Positions 35,317 to 44,957 of a DNA stretch of 64,000 nt are shown piece by piece. Source of the DNA: an uncultured SAR86 cluster bacterium (lineage in GTDB: Bacteria > Pseudomonadota > Gammaproteobacteria > Magnimaribacterales > AG-339-G14); the NCBI GenBank assembly GCA_902562135.1, contig CACESE010000003.1, positions 22,840 through 86,839 on the forward strand, written 5' to 3'. The translations under genes and the position numbers were made by a program. Position 1 is the stretch's first letter, and every line of letters begins with the position of its first letter. The notes under the pieces are model-generated. The model was not told the origin of the DNA. It did not search any database and saw nothing but the letters and a program-made list of their open reading frames with translations.

Positions 35317-36553
35317 ACCAGAATCTGTAGACCTTAATGGGGAAAGACTAAAAGATCTTGATAAGATGTTTTTTGATAACTATATAGGTTTAAATAAATT
35401 AAGTTGCACTCAAACTTTAATTGCTAGAAGAGGAGAAATTGCTCATTTCCATTCTCAAGGAAAAAGAGATATAGAAAACGACTTGCCTGTTGATGAAGAG
35501 ACTCTTTTTAGAATTTACTCAATGACAAAACCTGTTACGGGTGTAGCCTTAATGCAGCTATTTGAGAAGGGTTATTTTCAATTATCTGATCCTGTTTCAA
35601 AATTTCTTCCAGAATTTAAAAACCAAGAAATTTATGTGTCTGGATCTTTTCCAAACTTTATAACTGAACCTGTAAGAAGTCCCATGATCGTAAGGGATTT
35701 ATTAACTCACACCTCTGGCCTTAGTTACAGCATCAACTTTCAATCCCACGTAGATGACGCATATCGTAAAATTTTTCAAATTTCAGATCCAACTAAAGCT
35801 TTAGTCTCTGATGAAAAAGTTGATTTAGAGGAATTTACAAAAAGAATTGCTTCATTGCCTTTAGAATTCAATCCTGGAGACCAATGGCTTTACAGTGTTT
35901 CCATTGATATCTGTGCAAGACTAATAGAAGTAATATCGGGAAAATCAATAGAGGATTATTTTCAAGAAAATATTTTTGATCCATTAGGCATGGAAGATAC
36001 AGGTTTTTTCGTCAAAGAAGAAAATCTTAAAAATCTAGCCGCTTGTTATTTCAGAGATGAAAATAAAAAGTTACATGTACACGATCCGGGTGCCAAAGAA
36101 AGTCGATATGCAAAACCTAGAGAATTTAATGGCGGAGGAAGTGGTTTAATATCCACATCCTTTGACTATTTCAAATTTTTACAAATGCTTCTTAATGGTG
36201 GTACTTATAATGGTAACAGGATCTTATCCAGAAAGACTATTGAATTAATGACCATGAATCATCTTCCAAATAATAAAAATATGTCTGATATGGGGTCTAC
36301 GGGAAGTTTCAGTGAAGTTAGATATCAAGGAACAGGCTATGGACTAAGCATGGCAGTAACAACCGATCCTGCGGCTAGTCAAAGCCCTCTCAGCATAGGA
36401 AGTTTTAATTGGGGAGGTATGGCTAGCACATATTTTTGGGTAGATCCTAAGGAAGAATTGTTGGCAATTTTTATGACTCAATTTATTCCTTCTGATGCTT
36501 TTCCATTGAGACCTCAAATGCAAACTATGGTGTATGGTTCTTTTTTAGATTAA
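35303..36553 (+). CDS. Serine hydrolase, class C beta-lactamase/esterase (EstB-like) family
   Basis: 416 aa with the SxxK motif in RIYSMTKPVTG and a later YS..S and G..WGG pattern. Confidence 0.75.
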   Translation: MKIVKPESVDLNGERLKDLDKMFFDNYIGLNKLSCTQTLIARRGEIAHFHSQGKRDIENDLPVDEETLFRIYSMTKPVTGVALMQLFEKGYFQLSDPVSKFLPEFKNQEIYVSGSFPNFITEPVRSPMIVRDLLTHTSGLSYSINFQSHVDDAYRKIFQISDPTKALVSDEKVDLEEFTKRIASLPLEFNPGDQWLYSVSIDICARLIEVISGKSIEDYFQENIFDPLGMEDTGFFVKEENLKNLAACYFRDENKKLHVHDPGAKESRYAKPREFNGGGSGLISTSFDYFKFLQMLLNGGTYNGNRILSRKTIELMTMNHLPNNKNMSDMGSTGSFSEVRYQGTGYGLSMAVTTDPAASQSPLSIGSFNWGGMASTYFWVDPKEELLAIFMTQFIPSDAFPLRPQMQTMVYGSFLD

Positions 36554-37647
36554 TCAAATTCATCAAAAAAAAGATCTTCTTCCATTTGTCCATCATTGAT
36601 TTGATATTCTCTTCTTTGAATATAGGCATCTCTATAAAAAGTATATTGATCATTTCCAGTAATTTCGGTGACTCCCAATAAATCTGATCTTAGGTCTAGT
36701 AGATTCAATGCACCTGTCGCGATTCTAGCTGAATCATCACTTGGAACATTTGGATATAAATATAAATCTGGAATTATTGAAAAAGAATCCCTGAAGTTAC
36801 TTGGGCCGTAAAAGGGAATCACTATGTATGGCCCTGCAGACACTCCCCAATGACCTAATGTTTGCCCAAAATCCTCGTTTGTTCCTTCTATGCCCATTTC
36901 AGAAGCAATATCAAAAATTCCAAAAATTCCGAATGTTGAATTAATAACGAATCTAGATAAATCATTGATAAATGCTTTTGGTTTCAATTGTAAAATATTG
37001 TTAGCGGAAGAACCGGCGTCGCCTAAATTACCAAATATATTTGAAATTCCAACTTGCAAAAATTCTGGAGTTCCAGCTGCATATATTTCTGCAACAGGCT
37101 TGAAAAAAACAACATCTAAAGAGTTATTAAAATCGTGTACCCTTCTATTAAATTTTTCATAGGGGTCATTATTATTTAAAACAAAAAAGTCATCATTATT
37201 CTGAGAAATTAGAATTTCATTTTGAGTTATAGATGACTTGTATCTACCAGACTCTAGAATTGAAAAAAAAGTAAACTCACTATCAACTAATGAGTTTTGT
37301 CTTGCTACTTCAAATATGGATTCCTGTTTATCAAAGCTCGATACAATATTTATATTGGGAAGTACGAGAGTATTATTGCGCTTAAGATAATTGATATTAT
37401 TTTTTTCAAATGCTGATTTATTTAAATCCTGAATTGCTAGCATTATTTGATAGACTGAAAAATTCTCATAAGAAGGTTTCATTTCAACAGCAACAGACCA
37501 AAGGTCTTCAAAGTTTGATTCAGATAAATTTATTTGGTTACTCTCAAAACTTTCATCGGCTATTAGGTTAGTGGAAATAAAAATAATTAATGTAGAGATA
37601 AGCAACCAAGATAAGTAAAATCTAAAAATTGAAATGAATTCATTCAT
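36550..37647 (-). CDS. mlaA: MlaA/VacJ family protein with an N-terminal FimV-type LysM-like domain
   Basis: The C-terminal two-thirds (DPYEKFNRRVHDFNN...NSTFGIFGIFDIAS...GQTLGHWGV..GPYIVIPFYGPSNFRD) is canonical MlaA/VacJ. Residues around 55-105 (DLWSVAVEMKP..FSVYQIMLAIQDLNKSAFEKNNINYLKRNNTLVLP) match the FimV N-terminal peptidoglycan-binding motif. I set the start at ATG 37647. The track uses TTG 37665. Confidence 0.8.
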   Translation of the reverse strand: MNEFISIFRFYLSWLLISTLIIFISTNLIADESFESNQINLSESNFEDLWSVAVEMKPSYENFSVYQIMLAIQDLNKSAFEKNNINYLKRNNTLVLPNINIVSSFDKQESIFEVARQNSLVDSEFTFFSILESGRYKSSITQNEILISQNNDDFFVLNNNDPYEKFNRRVHDFNNSLDVVFFKPVAEIYAAGTPEFLQVGISNIFGNLGDAGSSANNILQLKPKAFINDLSRFVINSTFGIFGIFDIASEMGIEGTNEDFGQTLGHWGVSAGPYIVIPFYGPSNFRDSFSIIPDLYLYPNVPSDDSARIATGALNLLDLRSDLLGVTEITGNDQYTFYRDAYIQRREYQINDGQMEEDLFFDEFD

Positions 37648-37658
37648 AGAAAAATTAT

Positions 37659-39305
37659 ATGTCAAAGAGTAATAATCTTCTAATCATCACTTCAGCACTT
37701 CCGTATGCTAATGGCCCTTTGCATTTTGGTCATCTTCTTGAACACATTCAAACGGACATTTGGGTTAGGACGAATAGAGCAATGAATAAAAAATGTATTT
37801 ATATTTGTGCTAGCGATGCACATGGGACGCCAATAATGCTAAAGGCTGAGGAAGAAGGTGTTACTCCTGAAGATCTTATTGAAGAAGTCACTGAACAACA
37901 AAAAAATTCTTTGGTTAACTTTAATATACAACACGATAACTATTACACTACTCACTCGGAAGAAAATAAGTATTTCAGTGAGCACATCTTTAATAGTGCA
38001 GATAAAAAAGGGCTAATTCTTAGAAAAAAAATTAAACAACTTTTTGATGACACCAAAGGATTATTTCTTGCAGACAGATATGTTCAAGGAGAATGTCCAA
38101 AATGCGGAGCAAAGAATCAATATGGAGATAATTGTGAAATTTGCGGAGCTACATATGAGGCCACTGAACTAATAAATCCTAAATCTATTTTTTCTGGAAA
38201 AAAACCATCCATTAAAGAAAGTGAACATTTATTTTTTGATGTAGCAGCATGTAGCAACAATTTACAAAAATGGATAAAAGAAACAAAACTTCAATCAGCT
38301 GTTAAAAATAAAATTCAAGAATGGTTTATAGACGGCTTGAAACCATGGGACATTAGTAGAGATGCACCCTACTTTGGTTTCAAAATACCTGGATACGATG
38401 ATAAATATTTTTATGTCTGGCTTGATGCCCCTATTGGTTATATTGCGAGTCTAGAAAATTTCTTGAAAAAAGAAAAAGTTAGTAAAACTTCAAAAGATCT
38501 CTGGGATGAAAAAAGTGATACTGAGATCTATCACTTCATAGGAAAAGACATAATGAATTTTCATACTCTTTTCTGGCCATGCATGCTCGAGGCTGGAGGT
38601 TTTAAAAAACCTACAAATGTATTTATCCATGGATTTATGACTCTCAATGGAAAAAAAATGTCGAAGTCAAAAAAAAATTTTTTGTTAGTTGACGATTATC
38701 TTGATGTTCTGAAACCAGATTTGATTAGATATTATTTAGCCTCAAAATTATCTACTGGAGTTGATGACTTAGACATGGATCTTGAAGATTTTCAGAAAAA
38801 AGTTAACACAGATCTTGTTGGCAAATTTGTAAACATAGCCAGCAGATCTCAAGGTTTCTTAAAAAAAGATGACAATAAACTTAGTCGGTCTTTAGATTTA
38901 GAGATTATTGATAAATTTATAGATAAAAAAGAGGAAATATTTAACCTATTTCATTCTAGGGATTTCTCTAAAGCGATCAAAGAGATTATGCAGCTTGCCG
39001 ATAAAGCAAATCAATATATAGATTTTCATAAACCATGGGAGTTGAATAAAAACGATAATAACTCAGAAGATGTGAAAAAAATTGCATCCACTGCCATTAA
39101 TCTTTTTAGAATTTTAAATCTATATTTAGAACCAGTGATACCTGAAACTTCTGAAAAAATAAAAAATTATTTAAAATCTAACCAGTCACTCGATGATTTA
39201 TCTACAAACTTAATGAATCATCAAATAGATATTTTTAAACCTTTAATGTTTAGAATTGAGGATGCTGAAATAACCAAGCTTAATGAGATCAGTCAAAATG
39301 GATGA
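37659..39305 (+). CDS. metG: Methionyl-tRNA synthetase, catalytic core without the C-terminal tRNA-binding domain
   Basis: 548 aa. It has a HIGH-type motif (ANGPLHFGHLLEH), the zinc knuckle CPKCGAKNQYGDNCEICG and KMSKS. Confidence 0.95.
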   Translation: MSKSNNLLIITSALPYANGPLHFGHLLEHIQTDIWVRTNRAMNKKCIYICASDAHGTPIMLKAEEEGVTPEDLIEEVTEQQKNSLVNFNIQHDNYYTTHSEENKYFSEHIFNSADKKGLILRKKIKQLFDDTKGLFLADRYVQGECPKCGAKNQYGDNCEICGATYEATELINPKSIFSGKKPSIKESEHLFFDVAACSNNLQKWIKETKLQSAVKNKIQEWFIDGLKPWDISRDAPYFGFKIPGYDDKYFYVWLDAPIGYIASLENFLKKEKVSKTSKDLWDEKSDTEIYHFIGKDIMNFHTLFWPCMLEAGGFKKPTNVFIHGFMTLNGKKMSKSKKNFLLVDDYLDVLKPDLIRYYLASKLSTGVDDLDMDLEDFQKKVNTDLVGKFVNIASRSQGFLKKDDNKLSRSLDLEIIDKFIDKKEEIFNLFHSRDFSKAIKEIMQLADKANQYIDFHKPWELNKNDNNSEDVKKIASTAINLFRILNLYLEPVIPETSEKIKNYLKSNQSLDDLSTNLMNHQIDIFKPLMFRIEDAEITKLNEISQNG

Positions 39306-39627
39306 AATTAATATTAATGACTTTGCAAAAGTTGATCTTAGGGTTGCAAAAATTTTATCCGCCGAAAATGTTGAAGATGCAGATAAACTCCTAAAAATAA
39401 TACTTGATTTAGGTGAATTTGGACAAAAAACAGTTTTTGCGGGAATAAAAAAATTCTATGAACCTAATGATTTAACTGGAAAGTTAGTTGTGTGTGTAAA
39501 TAACCTCAAGCATAGAGAAATGAAGTTTGGAACTTCGGAAGGTATGATTTTAGCTTCTAGCAATGATGAAGGGGTTTATTTAATTGCATCGGAAAGCGGC
39601 GCGCAGCCAGGAGATAAAGTAACCTAA
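39298..39627 (+). CDS. Free-standing tRNA-binding domain (MetRS C-terminal / Trbp111 / CsaA-like)
   Basis: [33 protein letters not shown]...GMILAS aligns with the E. coli MetRS C-terminal domain ([33 protein letters not shown]...). The frame is offset by one from metG. Candidate starts are ATG 39283 or ATG 39298. Confidence 0.8.
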   Translation: [109 protein letters not shown]

Positions 39628-40653
39628 ATGAAAGAAACAGATATTTTAATCATCGGTGCTGGACCAGTAGGCTTATTTACAGTTTTTGAAGCTGGCCTAT
39701 TAGGGTTAAATTGTGAACTGGTGGATAATCTGGATAAAATTGGAGGTCAATGTATCGAGCTTTACCCAGACAAACCAATTTATGATATTCCAGGGGTTGC
39801 GAATCAAACAGGTAAAGAGCATATTGAAGCCCTCTTGGAACAAATTAAACCTTTTGATTACAATGTTCATTTAAATACTAGAGTTGAAAAAATTGAACCT
39901 AAAGACGAAAAATGGATTGTTAAAACTAATAATGGTTCAGAGTTCTTAACTCACAATATTTTCATAGCCGCAGGAGCAGGTTCTTTTGAATCCAGAAGAC
40001 CACCAGTTGAAGATCCTGACAAGTTTCTTGGAGATGGTATTGAATATGCCGTTAGAGACAAATCAAAATATAAAGATAAAGAAATTACTATTTTCGGCGG
40101 TGGGGATAGTGCGCTTGATTGGTCTGTAGAATTAGCAAAGACAGCGAAGAAAATTTTTCTTGTTCATAGAAGAGATGAATTTCGAGGAGCAAAACATACC
40201 GAATCTCAAATGAGAAAACTTGTAAAAGAAGGGAAAATTGAGCTCAAAATTCCTTACGTTATTAAAGACATAAATGGAACAGATAAATTTGAAGGTGTGA
40301 ATTTAATGCACTTTGAAAGTAAGGACATAGAAACTATATCTTGTGATGAAGCTCTTTTTTTCTTTGGCCTTAATAAACAATTAGGTCCTATTCTTGATTG
40401 GGAAGTCGAATTAAAAGAAAAGAAAATTGCAGTTAATACAGAAAATTTTCAAACCAGTAAAGATGGAATTTTCGCAGTAGGCGATATTAATACCTACCCA
40501 GGAAAATTAGATCTTATTCTTTGTGGATTCCATGAAACCACTTTAGCTGTTCAAGAGGCTTTCAAAAGAATTAACCCTGGAGAAAGAGTTCCTTTTGGAT
40601 ACACGACATCCAATAAAGGTCTTCAAGAAAAATTAAAGGTCAATAAAAATTAG
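39628..40653 (+). CDS. Ferredoxin-NADP+ reductase, thioredoxin-reductase-like type
   Basis: 341 aa. It has ILIIGAGPVGLF...GGQCIELYPDKPIYDIPG, which is characteristic of TrxR-like FNR, and a second GGGDSALDW nucleotide-binding motif. Confidence 0.8.
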   Translation: MKETDILIIGAGPVGLFTVFEAGLLGLNCELVDNLDKIGGQCIELYPDKPIYDIPGVANQTGKEHIEALLEQIKPFDYNVHLNTRVEKIEPKDEKWIVKTNNGSEFLTHNIFIAAGAGSFESRRPPVEDPDKFLGDGIEYAVRDKSKYKDKEITIFGGGDSALDWSVELAKTAKKIFLVHRRDEFRGAKHTESQMRKLVKEGKIELKIPYVIKDINGTDKFEGVNLMHFESKDIETISCDEALFFFGLNKQLGPILDWEVELKEKKIAVNTENFQTSKDGIFAVGDINTYPGKLDLILCGFHETTLAVQEAFKRINPGERVPFGYTTSNKGLQEKLKVNKN

Positions 40654-41416
40654 TACTGTTCCCACCATCGATGGAGATACTTTGGCCAGAAATATAGGCA
40701 GCTTGTTCAGAACATAAAAAAGCTGCTAAATCCGAAAACTCTTCAACGGCGCCCATTCTCTTTGCGGTTAATTCATTTTCCATATTTTGTTTAGCTTCCT
40801 CAAAGGAGATGCCTGCAAGTTTTGCTTGGAATTCTATTACCCGTGTTTGTCGATCAGTATCAATTCTTTCTGGTAGTAAATTATTTATGGTAATGTTGAA
40901 TTGGGCCATTTCTCTAGATAATCCTTTTGAAAGTCCAAGCAAACCAGATCTAGCCGAGGTTGATAATCCCATAATTACGTGAGGATTTTTCACCATCGCA
41001 GAAAGAATATTAATTATTCGACCAAACTTTCTTTCTTTCATACCTGGTAAAACCGACTGCATTAACATAGCGGATTGCGTAAAGTTGGATTTTATAGCTG
41101 ACAAAAAATCATCCTCGCTCCATTCGAAAAAATTTCCCGGAGGGGGTCCGCCGCTGTTATTAATTAAAATGTCAGGTTCAGGACATGCCTTTAAAAGTGC
41201 CACTCGCGTATTTTCATCTTCCATTGGTCCTAAAACTGACTGAACCTTAAAACCTTTGTCTTCAAATTCTTTTTTTGTGTTTTCAAGATTTTCTTCGTTC
41301 ACTCCATTGATGGTGATCTCTACGCCTTCTTTTGCAAGAGACTTCGCACAAGCTTTGCCTAATCCCCTACTAGAACCACAAACTATAGCTTTCTTTCCAG
41401 AAATGTTTAGATTCAA
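40640..41416 (-). CDS. SDR family oxidoreductase
   Basis: 258 aa with GSSRGLGKA, NNSGGPP and a short-chain dehydrogenase layout. Confidence 0.75.
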   Translation of the reverse strand: MNLNISGKKAIVCGSSRGLGKACAKSLAKEGVEITINGVNEENLENTKKEFEDKGFKVQSVLGPMEDENTRVALLKACPEPDILINNSGGPPPGNFFEWSEDDFLSAIKSNFTQSAMLMQSVLPGMKERKFGRIINILSAMVKNPHVIMGLSTSARSGLLGLSKGLSREMAQFNITINNLLPERIDTDRQTRVIEFQAKLAGISFEEAKQNMENELTAKRMGAVEEFSDLAAFLCSEQAAYISGQSISIDGGNSTNFY

Positions 41417-42448
41417 TCAGACGCCTCTTTTATCGCCGAAGGTTTCCAAATTTATCGGAGGCCCCCATTGAGAAGGTCCTGGAGCATCCCCAGGCATACC
41501 GCCAGTGTTTTCAATCATATTTATATGACCACAAGGAACAGAATTATCCAACATGTCACCATCAGTTTGATGCTCGTGTGTTTGTTTAAAGGGGCTTCTC
41601 CAGTAATCAAATATTTGACTTCCTTGGTAATGCCTACCTACTCCCCACTCTAATTCATAGTCAAACTCTTCCTTTTTTTGTTGAAGAATTTCATGTCCCA
41701 TAAAAACATCATCAATATTTAACATTTCAAAAGAAACATGATTAAGCCCCGGAACACCTTCTGATTGATTTTTTGCATCAAGCCAAAAAATTGAATGATG
41801 GTCTGCAGGAGTAGAACCCCTATCCAATCTTGCAAAACATCCCATTAAGGGTGCATTAGAATCTTCAGAATCTCCAAACCAAAGTTTGTCGCTTGGAATT
41901 ATTCCAAGGTGACGCTGGTACCATTCAAGCGCTAAAGAAATATTATTTGAATTAATTCCATAATGAGCAAATCTAATTATTTTAGGATAGGAACCTTTTG
42001 GATATCTTTTGATCTGATTTACTCTATTTATATTTGTACCTTCATTGGTAGGATAAGGCGATACTTCAGAAAAATCAGATCTCTCTTCAATTCCAAAAAC
42101 TACCTCGACACCTATTCCATCAGGATCCATTGCTTTAGTTACATATCCTCCCCCTGGAGTAGATAGCTCTTCTATGTCAGAGAAATCATCCGAATTACTT
42201 AATTTCTCTAAGTCCTCTTTTGAAGCTGCCACAAAAGTAGCAGAGACAAACTTTTTATCTCCTTTCACACACTTTTCTATAAATGGTTGTGGTCCTTCAC
42301 CTCGCATTAATAACAGGTCTTCTGTTTTCTCTACAGTATGCATCCCAAAATGAATTAAAAATTGCTCTTGTACGTCTAAGTCAGGACACTGAAGTGTGCA
42401 ATACTGCACATCTTTAGCTTTAATAATTGGTTCCATAATCTTCTCCAT
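41417..42448 (-). CDS. VOC-superfamily (glyoxalase/extradiol dioxygenase-like) protein, two-domain
   Basis: 343 aa with two beta-alpha-beta-beta-beta-like halves. The His/Glu-containing blocks (FAHYGIN, LNHVSFEM, EHQ) are compatible with an extradiol-type metal site. Its substrate is unknown. Confidence 0.55.
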   Translation of the reverse strand: MEKIMEPIIKAKDVQYCTLQCPDLDVQEQFLIHFGMHTVEKTEDLLLMRGEGPQPFIEKCVKGDKKFVSATFVAASKEDLEKLSNSDDFSDIEELSTPGGGYVTKAMDPDGIGVEVVFGIEERSDFSEVSPYPTNEGTNINRVNQIKRYPKGSYPKIIRFAHYGINSNNISLALEWYQRHLGIIPSDKLWFGDSEDSNAPLMGCFARLDRGSTPADHHSIFWLDAKNQSEGVPGLNHVSFEMLNIDDVFMGHEILQQKKEEFDYELEWGVGRHYQGSQIFDYWRSPFKQTHEHQTDGDMLDNSVPCGHINMIENTGGMPGDAPGPSQWGPPINLETFGDKRGV

Positions 42449-42569
42449 AATGAAAATATTAATAATTCTTCAAAAGATTATCAAGAATATAAAACCGACA
42501 AAAAGTTAGTATATTTAGACTAAATTTTGAATAAATTTATTAATTAAAATAAGTTAAAATCCAAAAACA

Positions 42570-44063
42570 ATGTTTGATGTCGCAATTATTGGATATGGAC
42601 CCGTTGGTTCGATAATGGCTAACCTAATAGCTACTAAAGGTTATAAAGTGTTAATCATTGATGCCAATCAAGGAACAAGTCCAACAGCCAGGGCTATCAA
42701 CACTGATGGTGAACAGTGTCGTACTTTTGACCTTTTAGGATTTGCTGACGAAGTTGTTTCTAATTCTGGTTACATTGATAAAGTATCTTTCACGGATGCT
42801 GAATTAAATGAAATAATCACCCAAGATCAGCCATTAGAAGTTGGTGCAATGGGTTGGCCTCCTCAACTGCTTTTTTATCAGCCTGAACTGGAAAAAATTA
42901 TAAGAACTTCAGTAGAATCCAAAGAAAATATTGAAATCAAGGAATCTACTTTATTAGAGAGTTTTAAAACAGAGAGTGACAAAGTAATTTTAAATTGCAC
43001 CTCGAACGGAGAATCAATTAATTTTGAAAGTAAATATTTAATTGGGTGTGATGGTGCTAGCAGTAGCGTCAGAAAACTTTTAAATATAGAAAGAGACGAT
43101 TTAGGCTACGACCAAGATTGGTTGGTAGCAGATGCTCACCTCACTAAAACTACTGATATTCCAAAACACCATGCAAAACAAATTTGCAATCCTAAAAGAC
43201 CTGCTACTTATGTACCTGGACGTAGAGGACATAGAAGATTTGAATTCAAATTAATGCCTGGTGAATCTAAAGAAGAATTAGAAAGCGAAGAGAAGGTATG
43301 GGAATTACTATCTCCGTGGATAAACCCAAACAACGCTACTTTAGAAAGAGCAGACGTTTATCAATTTCACGCTGCTTTAGCAAAAACTTGGAGGATTGAT
43401 AATTGTCTTATTGCTGGAGACGCTGCTCATCAAATGCCACCTTTTATGGGAGCTGGGATGGGTACGGGTATTAGGGACGCCATGAATTTATTCTGGAAGC
43501 TAGATTTAATTTTGTCTAACAAAGCTGAAGATTCAATTCTGGATACATATCAAGCAGAAAGATACCCTCATGCTAAGTGGACAGTTGCTCAATCAGTTTC
43601 AATTGGCAAGATAATTGAAGGGCTGTGTGCACAGCAAGAAGGAAAAGAATTTACCCCTGACGATAATGAAGGCTATGGAGTTAAATTTCCACACCTTCCT
43701 TCAGGATTGTATAAAGATGCCTCCGATGATATCTCTGGCTATCCCTGCCCTCAGCCTCTTCTGATTAGAAATGGGTCAAAAGAATTATCGGATAGAATTG
43801 TTGGGTCAAAATTCACTATTTTTACAAAAAACGCAATTCCAAAACTTACTAAAAAGGCTGAAGAAATTGTCAAAGCGCTTGATATACAAATAATTGAATT
43901 TACCGATAAAGACGACGAAGAAAATAGAATGAGTAAAATTTTTGAAACTTATAAATTAATCCTGATCAGACCAGATCGATACGTCTACGGCGGAATTGAA
44001 TCTTTGGATAATAGTTCAGATATTATTGAAAGTTTAGAATCAACCTTTTCTTTAAAAATATGA
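42570..44063 (+). CDS. FAD-dependent aromatic-ring hydroxylase (PheA/TfdB/MhpA-like)
   Basis: 497 aa. It has the N-terminal IIGYGPVGS dinucleotide fold, CDGASSSVR and GDAAHQMPPFMGAGMGTGIRDA. Confidence 0.8.
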   Translation: MFDVAIIGYGPVGSIMANLIATKGYKVLIIDANQGTSPTARAINTDGEQCRTFDLLGFADEVVSNSGYIDKVSFTDAELNEIITQDQPLEVGAMGWPPQLLFYQPELEKIIRTSVESKENIEIKESTLLESFKTESDKVILNCTSNGESINFESKYLIGCDGASSSVRKLLNIERDDLGYDQDWLVADAHLTKTTDIPKHHAKQICNPKRPATYVPGRRGHRRFEFKLMPGESKEELESEEKVWELLSPWINPNNATLERADVYQFHAALAKTWRIDNCLIAGDAAHQMPPFMGAGMGTGIRDAMNLFWKLDLILSNKAEDSILDTYQAERYPHAKWTVAQSVSIGKIIEGLCAQQEGKEFTPDDNEGYGVKFPHLPSGLYKDASDDISGYPCPQPLLIRNGSKELSDRIVGSKFTIFTKNAIPKLTKKAEEIVKALDIQIIEFTDKDDEENRMSKIFETYKLILIRPDRYVYGGIESLDNSSDIIESLESTFSLKI

Positions 44064-44956
44064 AAGCCTTACTTTTTCCTGGTCAAGGTGTTCAGAAAAT
44101 CGGTATGTTGGACGAAATCATAAACTCTAATAAAGAACTTGTTGACTATCTATCATCAGCTTCTAAAAATTTAGACTTTGATTTAATAGAACTGATTTCT
44201 TCAGGACCAGAGGAAAAATTAAATTTAACGGAATTCGCTCAACCAGCAATTTTGGCTACAAGTATTGCAATCGCAAAAATAAAAAATATTAATTCAGAAA
44301 TTAGTGTGACTGCTGGATTATCTCTGGGAGAATATTCAGCTTTAGTATTTGCCAACTGTTTAGAGTTTTCTGATGCACTAAAACTAGTAAATGTCAGAGG
44401 TCAATTGATGCAAAGCGCTGTTCCTGAAGGCACTGCTGGTATGTTAGTTCTTTTAAACATGGAGCTAGCAGACGTTTATAAAATGATTGAAAAGGTTAAT
44501 TCCTCCGAAGAAGAAATAAACTTTTCTACTGACAATGCTGAGGGGGTTTCCGTATTAGCTGGAAAAAATTCATCCATTGATGCATGTAAAAAATACATTG
44601 AGGACAACGATTTTAGGAGAGTTAAGACTCAAATGGTTCAAATGTCGGTTCCATCTCATTGTTCTCTTCTTTCTGAGGCTCAAAAAGAATTAGAAAATTT
44701 ATTAAATACAGTGGAATTTAAAGTTCCAGAAATTCCTATAATTCCAAACGTTTTGGCTAAACCAACTAGTGACGTGGATGAAATAAAAAACTCTTTGATC
44801 ACTCAGTTAACAAATACTGTCAGATGGAGAGAAACTTTAAAGTATTTATCGGAAAATAAGATTCACCATATTATTGATGCTGGGCCAGGAAAAACTATTC
44901 TCAACATGGCGCGAAAGTTAAAAGAATTAGAAAAATCTAGCTTACTAGAGTTGTAA
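44060..44956 (+). CDS. fabD: Malonyl-CoA:ACP transacylase
   Basis: 298 aa. It has FPGQGVQ, the nucleophile GLSLGEYSA, VRGQLMQ and PSHC. Its ATGA overlaps the monooxygenase stop. Confidence 0.88.
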   Translation: MKALLFPGQGVQKIGMLDEIINSNKELVDYLSSASKNLDFDLIELISSGPEEKLNLTEFAQPAILATSIAIAKIKNINSEISVTAGLSLGEYSALVFANCLEFSDALKLVNVRGQLMQSAVPEGTAGMLVLLNMELADVYKMIEKVNSSEEEINFSTDNAEGVSVLAGKNSSIDACKKYIEDNDFRRVKTQMVQMSVPSHCSLLSEAQKELENLLNTVEFKVPEIPIIPNVLAKPTSDVDEIKNSLITQLTNTVRWRETLKYLSENKIHHIIDAGPGKTILNMARKLKELEKSSLLEL

Positions 44957-44957
44957 G

